DNA of 64,000 nucleotides from Enterococcus sulfureus ATCC 49903 (GTDB lineage Bacteria; Bacillota; Bacilli; Lactobacillales; Enterococcaceae), in NCBI RefSeq assembly GCF_000407605.1, contig NZ_ASWO01000005.1:563227-627226 (forward strand), written 5' to 3'. A model generated the notes under the pieces. The model saw only the letters and a program-made list of their open reading frames with translations, did not search any database and was not told the origin of the DNA. Within the stretch, counting starts at the first letter, position 1. The number at the start of each line of letters is the position of its first letter. This document shows positions 41,421 through 51,324 of this stretch, in pieces. The position numbers and the translations under genes were made by a program.

Positions 41421-41651
41421 TTATTTCTTATTTTCTGTCACGTAAAGCTCCCATAATTCATCAAATAACTGCATTGTCGGGACATAATCGGCTTCTAGCT
41501 CTAAATAAGAAGAAATTTCGTCATATTCCGTACTTTGTTTTGGAAATTGCGGATCCAAACTAACGGCTTGAGCAAAATGGGTCACTGGATTGACTTCTAA
41601 TGCTCCTCTAAGCGTTAAGATATAATGATAGAAACTTCTTGTCATTGCCAA
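41421..41651 (-). CDS. YozE-like small protein (UPF0346 family)
   Basis: 76 aa, [11 protein letters not shown]...[16 protein letters not shown] matches the YozE family. Overlaps the msrA 3' end by 10 nt. Confidence 0.6.
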   Translation of the reverse strand: MAMTRSFYHYILTLRGALEVNPVTHFAQAVSLDPQFPKQSTEYDEISSYLELEADYVPTMQLFDELWELYVTENKK

Positions 41652-42160
41652 TTTTCCTCAACAAATTGCGCGCGTTTTGCGTGATTGCGGGCGAAATTTT
41701 CAGGATCTTTTTTATAATATTCCTGATGATACAACTCCGCTGGATAAAAAGGTTGTGCGGCTTCAATAGTGGTCACGATTGGATCTGTAAATCGTTGACT
41801 TGAAGCTAACTCTGCTTTACTTTTTTCTGCCGCTAATTTTTGAGTTTCAGTCGTATAAAAAATGACCGGACGATAATTATCTCCACGATCTTCAAACTGG
41901 CCAAATGCATCTGTTGGATCGGTTTGCTGCCAATAGACATCTAATAGCTCTTCATAAGAGATTAAAGCTGGGTCAAAAAGAATCTCCACAGCCTCTGTAT
42001 GTCCTGTTGTGTTTTGTTTGACTTGTTCATAAGTTGGGTTTTCAACATGTCCACCTGTATAACCAGAGACAACGGAATGAATTCCTGGTTGTTCGTCAAA
42101 AGGTTTTACCATGCACCAAAAGCACCCACCTGCAAATATTGCTCGTTCCACGCGCTTCAC
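41642..42160 (-). CDS. msrA: peptide methionine-S-sulfoxide reductase
   Basis: Active site [10 protein letters not shown]. Confidence 0.9.
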   Translation of the reverse strand: MKRVERAIFAGGCFWCMVKPFDEQPGIHSVVSGYTGGHVENPTYEQVKQNTTGHTEAVEILFDPALISYEELLDVYWQQTDPTDAFGQFEDRGDNYRPVIFYTTETQKLAAEKSKAELASSQRFTDPIVTTIEAAQPFYPAELYHQEYYKKDPENFARNHAKRAQFVEENWQ

Positions 42161-42162
42161 TC

Positions 42163-42795
42163 CTATTTTTTAGTTGATGCCGGTAAGTATAAACTAGCTT
42201 GAATCACATCGTCAACTAAATTAATTTTTTCTGCTTTGATAAATAGACCATTTTGCATTCTAAATTGGTCCAAACGGATCATGACCGTTTTTTCTTTCGC
42301 ATCGATTTCAATCCATTTCGGCAATTCATAACTGCGTTTGATCAATTTCATCACTTCGCTAATCGGAACACCCAATGTGCCGATTGACAAACTCTTTGCT
42401 TTTAATTGTACGTTCCCATCCTCCATCACATAAGGATCAAAATATAAATAAAAGTTGATCGGTACACCTAATAATTTGAATTCACCTTTTAGCATCGCTT
42501 GATCGGCTAAAACAAATTCATAATCTAAATCACTTTTTTCTTTATAATCGGTTAAATAAAAATCGATCAATGCATTGACTTGCTTTTTGTTACTTGAAAT
42601 ATTCACCACTGGCGTTCCTTCACGCTCCACGATTTCTGGTGTTTCTTTCACAGGAAATGGCTTGGTCTCTAAAACGCGACTCGTCAAAAAGATCCCTGTT
42701 CCTAAAAGAACGCCAATGATAAGCAAACACGCGATTTTCCAATAATTGGGCTTCTTTTGAATTGGTGGTATGTCTTTATTTTTGACTGTTGTCAT
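42163..42795 (-). CDS. YpmS-like membrane-anchored protein of unknown function
   Basis: N-terminal TM helix. Same position and orientation as Bacillus ypmS, after the SGNH hydrolase gene. Confidence 0.55.
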   Translation of the reverse strand: MTTVKNKDIPPIQKKPNYWKIACLLIIGVLLGTGIFLTSRVLETKPFPVKETPEIVEREGTPVVNISSNKKQVNALIDFYLTDYKEKSDLDYEFVLADQAMLKGEFKLLGVPINFYLYFDPYVMEDGNVQLKAKSLSIGTLGVPISEVMKLIKRSYELPKWIEIDAKEKTVMIRLDQFRMQNGLFIKAEKINLVDDVIQASLYLPASTKK

Positions 42796-42799
42796 CGAC

Positions 42800-43699
42800 T
42801 CACTCCTTTATTAACCATTCTGATTTGGTTTTAATAATTTCTGTTTTCAATGCTTTTCCTATCAATTGATACCCTATTTTGTTTGGATGGAATTTATCCG
42901 ATTCAGATAACACATTATTTTCGATCACATCTTTGATTACATTAGTGGTTGCTTCACTTTCACTTGTTTGTCCCTCTAATGAACTTGTCGTTTCTACTGC
43001 CTGGTCTTCAGTTCCTTTGTAAAGCAAATCATTGATGGGAATAAAATACATCTCGCTTTGTTTTTTGACGATTGTTTCCGTCGCTTGATTCCAATCGTCT
43101 ACAATCGTTTGCATCTCTTCAATTGCTGAAAAGTTCAAATAAAATGGATTGTAAATTCCAATAATATATACTGGTGCTTGAGGATTTAATTCACGAATCT
43201 TGGTCAATAATTCTTCGACTTGTTTTTGGTACGCTGCTTGTTTTTCTTCCACTTTTTTTACAGATAATGAAAAAATATTTTGTTGGATCACTTTCATCAA
43301 ATCGTTCCCACCAAAAGACATCGTAATAAAGTCAGCTTGACTAAGCGCTTCTTGTAATGTTTCATCCTTATTCACACGCGCTAAGATTTGGTCACTGCGT
43401 TGCCCAGCAACACCCGCATTTTGGTCTTCAAACGTAACCGTTGGATATTGATCTTTTAAATCTTGGGTCAAAATCGAGACATATCCACCTTGATTCGTCT
43501 GATCCCCGATCCCTTCAGTTAAAGAATCTCCTAGTGCAACATAGCGCACTGTTGATTTATACGACTGTACCGTAGTGTTTTCTTTTGAGCTAATCGTCGA
43601 ATCATCTTTTGGCCATGCAACAGCTAAAAGAATCCATGTTGCCAAACCAACAATCGCGATGATTCCGATAATAATTGCAAATTGTCTGATTTTTTTCAT
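42800..43699 (-). CDS. SGNH/GDSL-family hydrolase (YpmR-like), membrane anchored
   Basis: GDSLTEG block I and a GGND block. N-terminal TM helix. Confidence 0.7.
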   Translation of the reverse strand: MKKIRQFAIIIGIIAIVGLATWILLAVAWPKDDSTISSKENTTVQSYKSTVRYVALGDSLTEGIGDQTNQGGYVSILTQDLKDQYPTVTFEDQNAGVAGQRSDQILARVNKDETLQEALSQADFITMSFGGNDLMKVIQQNIFSLSVKKVEEKQAAYQKQVEELLTKIRELNPQAPVYIIGIYNPFYLNFSAIEEMQTIVDDWNQATETIVKKQSEMYFIPINDLLYKGTEDQAVETTSSLEGQTSESEATTNVIKDVIENNVLSESDKFHPNKIGYQLIGKALKTEIIKTKSEWLIKE

Positions 43700-43765
43700 C
43701 TGTTCACTCCTTTAGTCTGAACGAAAAAACCACAAGAGCACAAGCCGCCCTTGTAGTTTTTTTGG

Positions 43766-44608
43766 CTATTCGCTGTAATACATCATGGCAAACGCACCGT
43801 TTCCAGTATGCGTTGCGATGATCGGTGTTGTATGTAGGATTGGAATATGCATATCAGGAAACATGGTTTCTAATTCTGCTTTGAATTCTAACATTTGTGC
43901 GTGCTCTCCAGCGTATGAAATCCCGATTTGCTTCACATTATCTAATCCATTCAATTCTTCTTTGAATTGTTTAAACCACTTCGTATACGTTTTAGGACCT
44001 CGCCCTTTGACAGTTGGTAATAATTCAGAATCTTTTAGTTCCATTACAACCCGAATGCTTAAAAAACTAGACAGCAAACCAGTTACACGACTGATTCGAC
44101 CACCTTTGACTAGATTTTCAAGATTAGAAACACCAATATATAATTTAGTATGTTTCAGTACATCTTGAACCGTAGCATACGTTTCATCTAATGAATATCC
44201 TTCTTGTGCCATTTGTGCTGCACGGATCACAGCAAATGACAACCCTTGGTCCGTCATATCTGTTTCAACGACCGTTACTTTACTCTTGGTCAACTGACTA
44301 GCTTGATGGGCAGCATCTACTGTTCCACTTAATGCACGCGTCATATGAATCGATAAAATTTCACTGCCATCTGCACCTAATTCATCATATAATGCGACAA
44401 ATTCGCCAATTGGGGGCTGACTAGTTTTTGGTAATTCTTTTGCTTTTCCCATCATATCCATAAACTGTTCACCAGATAATTGATCATCATCGGTATACAG
44501 AGTACCATCAATCATGACAGATAGTGGGACAACTGAAATTCCTAACTCATCGCGAACACTTTTTTCCATCGTGCACGAGGAGTCTGTTACGATCTTAAGT
44601 TTTTGCAT
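43766..44608 (-). CDS. DegV-family fatty-acid-binding protein
   Basis: 280 aa. IVTDSSCTM N-terminus and DegV fold hallmarks. Confidence 0.85.
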   Translation of the reverse strand: MQKLKIVTDSSCTMEKSVRDELGISVVPLSVMIDGTLYTDDDQLSGEQFMDMMGKAKELPKTSQPPIGEFVALYDELGADGSEILSIHMTRALSGTVDAAHQASQLTKSKVTVVETDMTDQGLSFAVIRAAQMAQEGYSLDETYATVQDVLKHTKLYIGVSNLENLVKGGRISRVTGLLSSFLSIRVVMELKDSELLPTVKGRGPKTYTKWFKQFKEELNGLDNVKQIGISYAGEHAQMLEFKAELETMFPDMHIPILHTTPIIATHTGNGAFAMMYYSE

Positions 44609-44732
44609 TCTTTGCTCACTCTCTCTTTAAAAAAAGTCTATTTTCATGTACACTACACATAGACGATAGTTGTTTTTAGTATAACAGACTGCTATTGTTT
44701 TTTCATCTATTTTATTACTAAAGTGCAAAGGG

Positions 44733-45392
44733 ATGAGGCTTGTGCAACAAACAAAATTTACACGAAAATATTATATTTTAAATGAGATCTTAAACGCATG
44801 TACTCACGGGATCGGATTTGGCTTAAGCATTGCTGGACTAGTCATCTTACTCGTAAAAGGTGCCCATTTAGATGCTCTACACGTCGTTTCGTATGCCATT
44901 TATGGCTCGATGATGATCCTGTTATTTCTCTTTTCTACTTTATTTCATAGTTTAATTTTTACTAAAGCAAAAAAAGTCTTCCAAGTATTCGACCATGCTT
45001 CTATTTTTTTACTGATTGCTGGAAGTTATACGCCATTTTGTTTATTAAGTGTTGGTGGCGTGATGGGATGGACCTTGTTTGTCTTGATCTGGCTGATGGC
45101 CATTGCCGGAATCGTCTATAAATCATTAACCCTTCATAAAGCAAAAACTGTATCCAAAATTTCAACGATTATTTATGTGATTATGGGGTGGTTATGTGTA
45201 CTAGCTGGACCACAATTGCTTCATTCATTAGGAACTAACGGCATGCTCCTTCTCTTTTTTGGTGGTGTCTCCTATACCGTTGGTGCAGTATTATACAGTT
45301 TGAAAAACATTCGCTATATGCATGTCGTATGGCATTTATTCGTTATGTTAGGTGCGACATTGATGTATTTTTCCGTTTTATTCTACACATAA
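44733..45392 (+). CDS. hemolysin III family (PAQR) membrane protein
   Basis: 7-TM protein with H-rich motifs (FHSLIF, HVVWHLFV). The start codon is ambiguous (ATG at 44733 or GTG 6 nt downstream). Confidence 0.8.
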   Translation: MRLVQQTKFTRKYYILNEILNACTHGIGFGLSIAGLVILLVKGAHLDALHVVSYAIYGSMMILLFLFSTLFHSLIFTKAKKVFQVFDHASIFLLIAGSYTPFCLLSVGGVMGWTLFVLIWLMAIAGIVYKSLTLHKAKTVSKISTIIYVIMGWLCVLAGPQLLHSLGTNGMLLLFFGGVSYTVGAVLYSLKNIRYMHVVWHLFVMLGATLMYFSVLFYT

Positions 45393-45440
45393 AAACACAA
45401 GGCATTCTACTAAAGTAGAACGCCTTGTGTTTATTTTTTT
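45393..45440. terminator. bidirectional terminator between convergent hlyIII and folA
   Basis: ACACAAGGC...GCCTTGTGT followed by TTATTTTTTT. Its T-run overlaps the folA stop. Confidence 0.6.
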
Positions 45441-45925
45441 GTAAATAATTCAAAGATATGCGGGTAATGATTTCGCTCATCCATAATGCCAGGAATCGTT
45501 TTCGTCAGTGTCCACTCGTTCCTATCGATCAATTCTTCTGGAAAATAGACATCACCCTCAAATTCCGATTCGATTGTTGTACGGTACAGATCGGTACAAT
45601 AAGCTAACATTGAACGAAAAATCCCAGTTCCACCAATCAGATAATACTTGCCTTCGTGTTGCTCTATATAGTGTAAAATCTCTTCTACTGTATGAAAGAT
45701 CAAGACCTGATCTGCTTTGTAATCCTTATCAGATGTTAATACGATATTCACACGATTTGGTAACGCTTTTTCTCCCATACTTTCAAAGGTTTTACGCCCC
45801 ATAATAATCGCATTTCCTGTAGTTTGTTCTTTAAAGAATTTCATATCATTAGGAAGCGACCAAGGAAGTTTCCCATCTTTTCCAATCACGCCGTTTTGAT
45901 CTTGAGCCCATAATGCAATTAACAT
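45431..45925 (-). CDS. folA: dihydrofolate reductase (chromosomal)
   Basis: IGKDGKLPW, LP.D and GRKTFES motifs, 164 aa. Confidence 0.9.
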   Translation of the reverse strand: MLIALWAQDQNGVIGKDGKLPWSLPNDMKFFKEQTTGNAIIMGRKTFESMGEKALPNRVNIVLTSDKDYKADQVLIFHTVEEILHYIEQHEGKYYLIGGTGIFRSMLAYCTDLYRTTIESEFEGDVYFPEELIDRNEWTLTKTIPGIMDERNHYPHIFELFTKK

Positions 45926-45939
45926 ACTTTTCTCTCCTT

Positions 45940-46884
45940 TTACACCGCAATCGGTGCTTTAATTGATGGATGCGGTGTATATCCTTCTAACGTAATATCT
46001 GCTACTTCTAAATCAAAGATTGAAATCCCTTCTTTGATCATTAGTGTTGGCAGTTGACGCACGTCTCGTGTCAATTGCTCTTGCATTTGTTCTAAATGAT
46101 TGGAATACAAGTGCGCATCTCCGATCGTATGAATAAACTCCCCTACCTCTAGTCCTGTTTCACGAGCGATTAGATGTGTCAATAAGGCATAACTTGCAAT
46201 ATTAAAGGGAATCCCCAAGAAAACATCTCCACTGCGTTGATACAACTGGCAGCTCAACTTGTTTTCGTGCACGTAAAATTGAAACATTGTATGACAAGGT
46301 GGCAAAGCCATTGTCGGGATATCTTCAGGATTCCATGCAGATACGATCAAGCGTCTTGAATCTGGTGTCGTTTTGATCATTTCAATCACATCTTTGATTT
46401 GATCGATCGTTTCGCCACGACTTGTTTCCCAATGACGCCACTGATATCCATACACTTTCCCTAAATCACCAAATTGTAGCGCAAATGCTTCGTCTGATAC
46501 AATACGTTCACAAAATGTAGCCAGTTCGCGTTGGTAGACTTCATTAAATCGTTCATCGACCAAACAACGTCGACCAAAATCAGTCATGTCTTCACCTGTG
46601 TATTGATCACTTTCGATATAGCGTTTAAATGCCCATTCATCCCAAATATGATTATTGTGCTGCAATAAATATCGAATATTGGTATCGCCTTTTAAAAACC
46701 ATAGCAATTCACTTTTAATCAAACCAAAAGGGACTCTTTTTGTTGTCAATAAAGGAAATCCTTTTGCAAGATCAAAACGCATTTGATAGCCAAAAATACT
46801 TTTTGTTCCCGTACCGGTTCGATCAGATTTTTCATTTCCTTCCATCAAAATTTTACGCCCTAATGCTAAGTAAGCTTCTTCCAT
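45940..46884 (-). CDS. thyA: thymidylate synthase
   Basis: DRTGTGT and the LPPCH active-site Cys region. It lies directly upstream of folA. Confidence 0.9.
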   Translation of the reverse strand: MEEAYLALGRKILMEGNEKSDRTGTGTKSIFGYQMRFDLAKGFPLLTTKRVPFGLIKSELLWFLKGDTNIRYLLQHNNHIWDEWAFKRYIESDQYTGEDMTDFGRRCLVDERFNEVYQRELATFCERIVSDEAFALQFGDLGKVYGYQWRHWETSRGETIDQIKDVIEMIKTTPDSRRLIVSAWNPEDIPTMALPPCHTMFQFYVHENKLSCQLYQRSGDVFLGIPFNIASYALLTHLIARETGLEVGEFIHTIGDAHLYSNHLEQMQEQLTRDVRQLPTLMIKEGISIFDLEVADITLEGYTPHPSIKAPIAV

Positions 46885-46899
46885 CGTAAAACTCCTCCT

Positions 46900-48777
46900 T
46901 TATACAAACTGACTCAAATACTCCCAGCGTGCATAACGTTTTTCTAACTGTTCATTTTGTTCATCGATTTGATTTTGTAAGTGTTGTAGTGCAGTAAAAT
47001 CAGCACCTTGATGCAACATCTCTTCGTTCAAACGCACAATATCTTCTTCGATCGTTGCGATGTCTTCTTCGATTGTTTCCCATTCTTTTTGTTCCATATA
47101 GCTAAGTTTCGTCTTTTCTTTGACTTGGACTTCTTCTTTACTTTTAACTTGTTTTGGTGTACGCTCTTTTTCTTCTTTTTTCTGTGCTAAATAGTCTTCA
47201 ACCGAACCAAAATACGTATCAATTTGAGCATGACCATTGAAAATCACTAATTTTTCCGCCACTTTATCTAAAAAATAACGATCATGAGATACTGTCAACA
47301 CCGCACCTGGGAATGTTTGTAGATAATCTTCTAAAATCGTTAATGTGGCGATATCTAAGTCATTGGTCGGCTCATCTAACAACAATACATTTGGTTGTTC
47401 AATCAACAATTTTAACAGATACAAACGACGACGTTCTCCACCAGATAATTTTGCGATTTTGCTTCCATGTGTATGACGTGGGAATAAAAATCTTTCCAAC
47501 AATTCCGTGACACTAATCGTCGTACCATCTGATCGTTTGACTTCTTCTGCTACTTCTTGTAGATACGTAATCATCCGCTTATCTGGATCGATCGGTTCCG
47601 TCTGCTGTGTATAATAGGCCATTTTCACTGTTTCACCAATACTAATAACACCTGATTGAGCAGTTAGTCGACCGCTGATCAAATTAAGTAGTGTCGATTT
47701 TCCTGCACCATTTTCTCCGGTAATTCCCAGACGTTCACGAGCTTGAATCAAAAGAGAAAAGTCTTGCAAAATCACTTTATCTTCTATGGCATAGGAAACG
47801 TCTTGTAGCTCGATGACTTTTTTTCCTAAACGCGTGGTATCAAAGTCAAGTTCAATCGCTTCTTGTTGTCCACCTTGTGGCAAAGACTCTTTCAACGTAT
47901 CAAAACGTTTGATTCGCGCTTGCTGTTTGGTCGTTCGCGCCTTTGCACCAGCACGCATCCAAGCTAGTTCTTGTTTATAAAGTTGTGCACGTTTATTTCC
48001 CTGTTCTTGTTCAATGCGATCACGCTCGGCTTTTTCAATCAAATACGCTTCATAATTGCCTTTATACTCGGTTAATTGTCCTTCAGCTAGTTCAAACATT
48101 CGATTGACCACACGATCTAAAAAGTATCGATCATGCGTGACCACTAACAAGGCTCCTTTATATTGGGACAGATAACTTTCTAACCAAGTAATAGCTTCAT
48201 AGTCTAAATGGTTGGTTGGCTCATCTAATAATAATAGATCTGGTGCTGTAATCAGCACTTGTGCCAAGCCAACACGCTTTTTTTGGCCTCCCGAAAGTTC
48301 CGCGATTTTTTTCGTTAAATCAGATAATCCGACTTGTTGTAAAATACTCTTTGCTTGCGCATCGATCGTCCAAGCATCCAGTTCATTCATTTTTTGTTCT
48401 GCTTGAGTATAGCGTTGTTGCGCTGCTTCATCGGCACCATTTTGGCTCAACTCTCCTAAAGCTTGTTCATACGCACGAACTGCTCGTACTTGTGGATTAT
48501 CGGCTTGGAATACTGCCTCTAAAATCGTTTGATCTACATTTAAATCTGGTTCTTGAGCTAAGTAGCCGATTTGATAATCACTTGGATAAAAGACAGTTTG
48601 TTGATCACCGTCTCCACGTTCGATTCCCGCTAAGATCTTTAGCAAACTTGATTTTCCGGTTCCATTGATTCCAATTAATCCTACCCGGTCTTTTTCATGG
48701 ATCAAAAATGAAAGCTGATCAAAAATAGTTTTTTCACCATATGTTTTATGTAATTGAACGACTTTTAATTCCTTCAT
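46900..48777 (-). CDS. ABC-F family ATPase (tandem ABC domains with C-terminal coiled-coil arm; Uup/YfmR-like)
   Basis: Two Walker A sites (GINGTGKSS, GENGAGKST), two LSGG signatures and no TM segments. Confidence 0.85.
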   Translation of the reverse strand: MKELKVVQLHKTYGEKTIFDQLSFLIHEKDRVGLIGINGTGKSSLLKILAGIERGDGDQQTVFYPSDYQIGYLAQEPDLNVDQTILEAVFQADNPQVRAVRAYEQALGELSQNGADEAAQQRYTQAEQKMNELDAWTIDAQAKSILQQVGLSDLTKKIAELSGGQKKRVGLAQVLITAPDLLLLDEPTNHLDYEAITWLESYLSQYKGALLVVTHDRYFLDRVVNRMFELAEGQLTEYKGNYEAYLIEKAERDRIEQEQGNKRAQLYKQELAWMRAGAKARTTKQQARIKRFDTLKESLPQGGQQEAIELDFDTTRLGKKVIELQDVSYAIEDKVILQDFSLLIQARERLGITGENGAGKSTLLNLISGRLTAQSGVISIGETVKMAYYTQQTEPIDPDKRMITYLQEVAEEVKRSDGTTISVTELLERFLFPRHTHGSKIAKLSGGERRRLYLLKLLIEQPNVLLLDEPTNDLDIATLTILEDYLQTFPGAVLTVSHDRYFLDKVAEKLVIFNGHAQIDTYFGSVEDYLAQKKEEKERTPKQVKSKEEVQVKEKTKLSYMEQKEWETIEEDIATIEEDIVRLNEEMLHQGADFTALQHLQNQIDEQNEQLEKRYARWEYLSQFV

Positions 48778-48835
48778 CGGACCACTCTCCTTTTTTCATC
48801 TTGCCTATTTTACCATAGAATCAAATCACACGACA

Positions 48836-48873
48836 TAGAAAAAATCCTTTCGATCTATCACTGATCGAAAGGA
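48836..48873 (-). terminator. intrinsic terminator after antiporter gene
   Basis: TCCTTTCGATC...GATCGAAAGGA followed by a T-run on the minus strand. Confidence 0.6.
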
Positions 48874-48877
48874 TTGC

Positions 48878-50899
48878 TTAATCTTTTACTTGCTGTAAAG
48901 CATATGACTCTAATAAATTCACTTTTTGACGATACTCATTCGCTGCAACTAGCGTAATTTTATCTGAAACTTCATATTCATCAATAATTTTACGTTCTAG
49001 ATAATAGCCACGCAAAATTTCTTTTGCATACGCTGGTTCTTGTTGCACTGTAAATGAAAATGGCAAATGAACATGTTGAATTTGTTTTTTCATATCTTCT
49101 CTACGACGTAAATAATATTGCACAATCGTCGGTTCAAAAATATCTTCTAACGTCGATAAACTTTGTAATACCAACTCATTATTTTGTAGAAAAACTTTTC
49201 GAACATCGAGTACATCACGTTGAATAATCTCTAAACGTGTATCTGCTCGTGTACTTTGCCAAAAACGTTTTGGATGAAGCACGATTCGAATCATTCTACG
49301 CCAAAAAACTAAGCTAAAACTAAAGAAAGAAAATACTTGGCGTTTAAATGACGTCTCATAACGTTTTAGAAAACGTGAATACAAACGATATCCGTTCATT
49401 GAAATTTCACCTTTACGATAAGACTCTTCCAATCCTTCTTGCTCAATGGCTAAGATCAGAGCTTGGATTTCTTGAACTTCCTGTTGTTCTGATTCTGTCA
49501 TCGACTCGGTATACAATTCCCATACACGTGAGTGGTAATGATCCATTACCGCTTCAATCGCGATCACTTCGGTTTCTTCTAAACTTGCATCGTCAATATC
49601 TTGATGCAAGTTTTCAATCACTTCATTTAAAATCGCCACTTCATTTGGATCGATCGGTTTTTCTGCCTCACCATCTGAAAGCAAAGGTAACGCGATCATT
49701 CCTCCAACTAGTGACACCATGATCACACAAGCGGTCAAAAACAGCAGTAACGGCCGTTGATCAAAATCTAATCCATTGATCGATACGGGTAAAATAAAGA
49801 TCGTAGCTAAGCTGACCGTCCCTTTTACTCCACCAAATGTTAACATTAAAATCTCACGGAATTTCTCTTTTAAATGACGGAATCCTTTAGTGAACCCAAA
49901 AAATAAAGAAATTCCAACAAGACGAATCAAAATTAGTGTGATGGCGATCACTAGGATCACAAATACCAAGTGCATATTTGCGTATTCTTGACTTTTCCAA
50001 ATCGGTGAAAACACTTGTGACAATTCGATTCCTAAAAATAAAAAGACAAGTGAATTTAGCGTAAAACTAATTGTTTTCCATGTACTATCTGAAATATTTG
50101 CTAATTCGGCTTCGAATAACGTGACTTTTCGATAGCCCATCGATTGTAGCACCCCAGCAACTACTGCTGCGATAATTCCTGAAGCATGAAACATTTCAGC
50201 TAGTAAATAGGCCACAAATGGCAATAGTAATTCAATTAATAAATAGACGATTACATCTTGTGCTGAAATCCGTTCAATCAATTTGATGATGCGATTTTTA
50301 ATCCAAACCACTACAAATCCAGCAACTGCACCGATTACACTGGATAACAGCAAACTAAAGGATGCGTTCACTAATGAAAATGCACCGGTAACCAGTGCAG
50401 CAACTGCAAATTGGAAGGCCGTTACGCCTGATGCATCATTTAAAAGACCTTCTCCTTCTAAAATATGCAAGACTCTTGGTGGAATCTTCAAACGCTTGGC
50501 AAGTGATCCTACAGCTACAGCATCCGTTGGTCCTAATGCCGCACCAAAGGCAAAACATGCTGCAAGAGGAATCGATGGCAACAATGTTTTTAACGTTAAG
50601 CCGATGATCACTAATGTTCCAATAACAAGTCCAAAGGCTAAAAATAATATAATCGAAAAGTTTTTCAACACTTCTGGTACATCCGCAGCTTCACCTTCTC
50701 TAAACAGCAAAGGGGCAATAATCATAATCAAAAAGATTTCAGGTTCAAACGCGATATCTGATGCATATTTCGTCATCCCCAAAAGAATTCCTAAAAAGAT
50801 CTGTGCTAAAAAGACTGGCACAGTGGGTACCACTTTACTAAAAATGTTTGAGAAAGTGATCGCTATGGCTACAATGACAAGTAGCTCGATAATCTCCAT
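48878..50899 (-). CDS. Na+/H+ antiporter (CPA1, NhaP-type) with ~250 aa C-terminal cytoplasmic domain
   Basis: 12 TM N-terminal domain, GPTDAVAV motif and a long soluble C-terminus. Confidence 0.8.
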   Translation of the reverse strand: MEIIELLVIVAIAITFSNIFSKVVPTVPVFLAQIFLGILLGMTKYASDIAFEPEIFLIMIIAPLLFREGEAADVPEVLKNFSIILFLAFGLVIGTLVIIGLTLKTLLPSIPLAACFAFGAALGPTDAVAVGSLAKRLKIPPRVLHILEGEGLLNDASGVTAFQFAVAALVTGAFSLVNASFSLLLSSVIGAVAGFVVVWIKNRIIKLIERISAQDVIVYLLIELLLPFVAYLLAEMFHASGIIAAVVAGVLQSMGYRKVTLFEAELANISDSTWKTISFTLNSLVFLFLGIELSQVFSPIWKSQEYANMHLVFVILVIAITLILIRLVGISLFFGFTKGFRHLKEKFREILMLTFGGVKGTVSLATIFILPVSINGLDFDQRPLLLFLTACVIMVSLVGGMIALPLLSDGEAEKPIDPNEVAILNEVIENLHQDIDDASLEETEVIAIEAVMDHYHSRVWELYTESMTESEQQEVQEIQALILAIEQEGLEESYRKGEISMNGYRLYSRFLKRYETSFKRQVFSFFSFSLVFWRRMIRIVLHPKRFWQSTRADTRLEIIQRDVLDVRKVFLQNNELVLQSLSTLEDIFEPTIVQYYLRRREDMKKQIQHVHLPFSFTVQQEPAYAKEILRGYYLERKIIDEYEVSDKITLVAANEYRQKVNLLESYALQQVKD

Positions 50900-50903
50900 A
50901 GCA

Positions 50904-51197
50904 TCATCTCCGTTCTTCTTTTTTCTTTACCTCTACCAATAACTTCAAAAATGCTTCTTTTTTCTCTAATACTTTTTTCTCTACTTCAGATAGATCTGTC
51001 TCATGTTTCCCATCTAGCTCAAGTTGTGTCCGTTTCGCTTCTAAGCGTACGATATCATGTTTTAATGATTCCGTACGTCTAAATGTCAACGGATAGCGTT
51101 TACGCAAGCACTCCCGCATCGCTTTGCGTTCTTCTAGCGTTAAGTTCCCATATTTATCATGTAATTGTTTCATTTTCACTTCGAATTCCGTTGTCAT
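50904..51197 (-). CDS. small K/E-rich helical hypothetical protein (97 aa)
   Basis: 4-nt gap to the antiporter gene suggests co-transcription. No motif recognised. Confidence 0.5.
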   Translation of the reverse strand: MTTEFEVKMKQLHDKYGNLTLEERKAMRECLRKRYPLTFRRTESLKHDIVRLEAKRTQLELDGKHETDLSEVEKKVLEKKEAFLKLLVEVKKKEERR

Positions 51198-51242
51198 TTG
51201 TCCTTACTCCTTATGTCCGATTCAAGTTCTAACAAATACAAA

Positions 51243-51270
51243 AGTATACTCTCTTTTTGTGAAATTGCAA
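51243..51270 (-). promoter_or_regulatory. putative sigma-A promoter for the 97-aa gene/antiporter unit
   Basis: Minus strand TTGCAA, 16-nt spacer, TATACT. Confidence 0.35.
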
Positions 51271-51324
51271 TACTAATATAATAGATCAGAATGGATTGTT
51301 TGTCCAATTCTGATCTATCAAAAA

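Noticed and set aside
45431-46884. thyA-folA as an acquired trimethoprim-resistance dfr cassette
   Set aside because: It has the chromosomal thyA-folA arrangement in a core-gene context, with no integron or IS signatures. It looks like the native DHFR.
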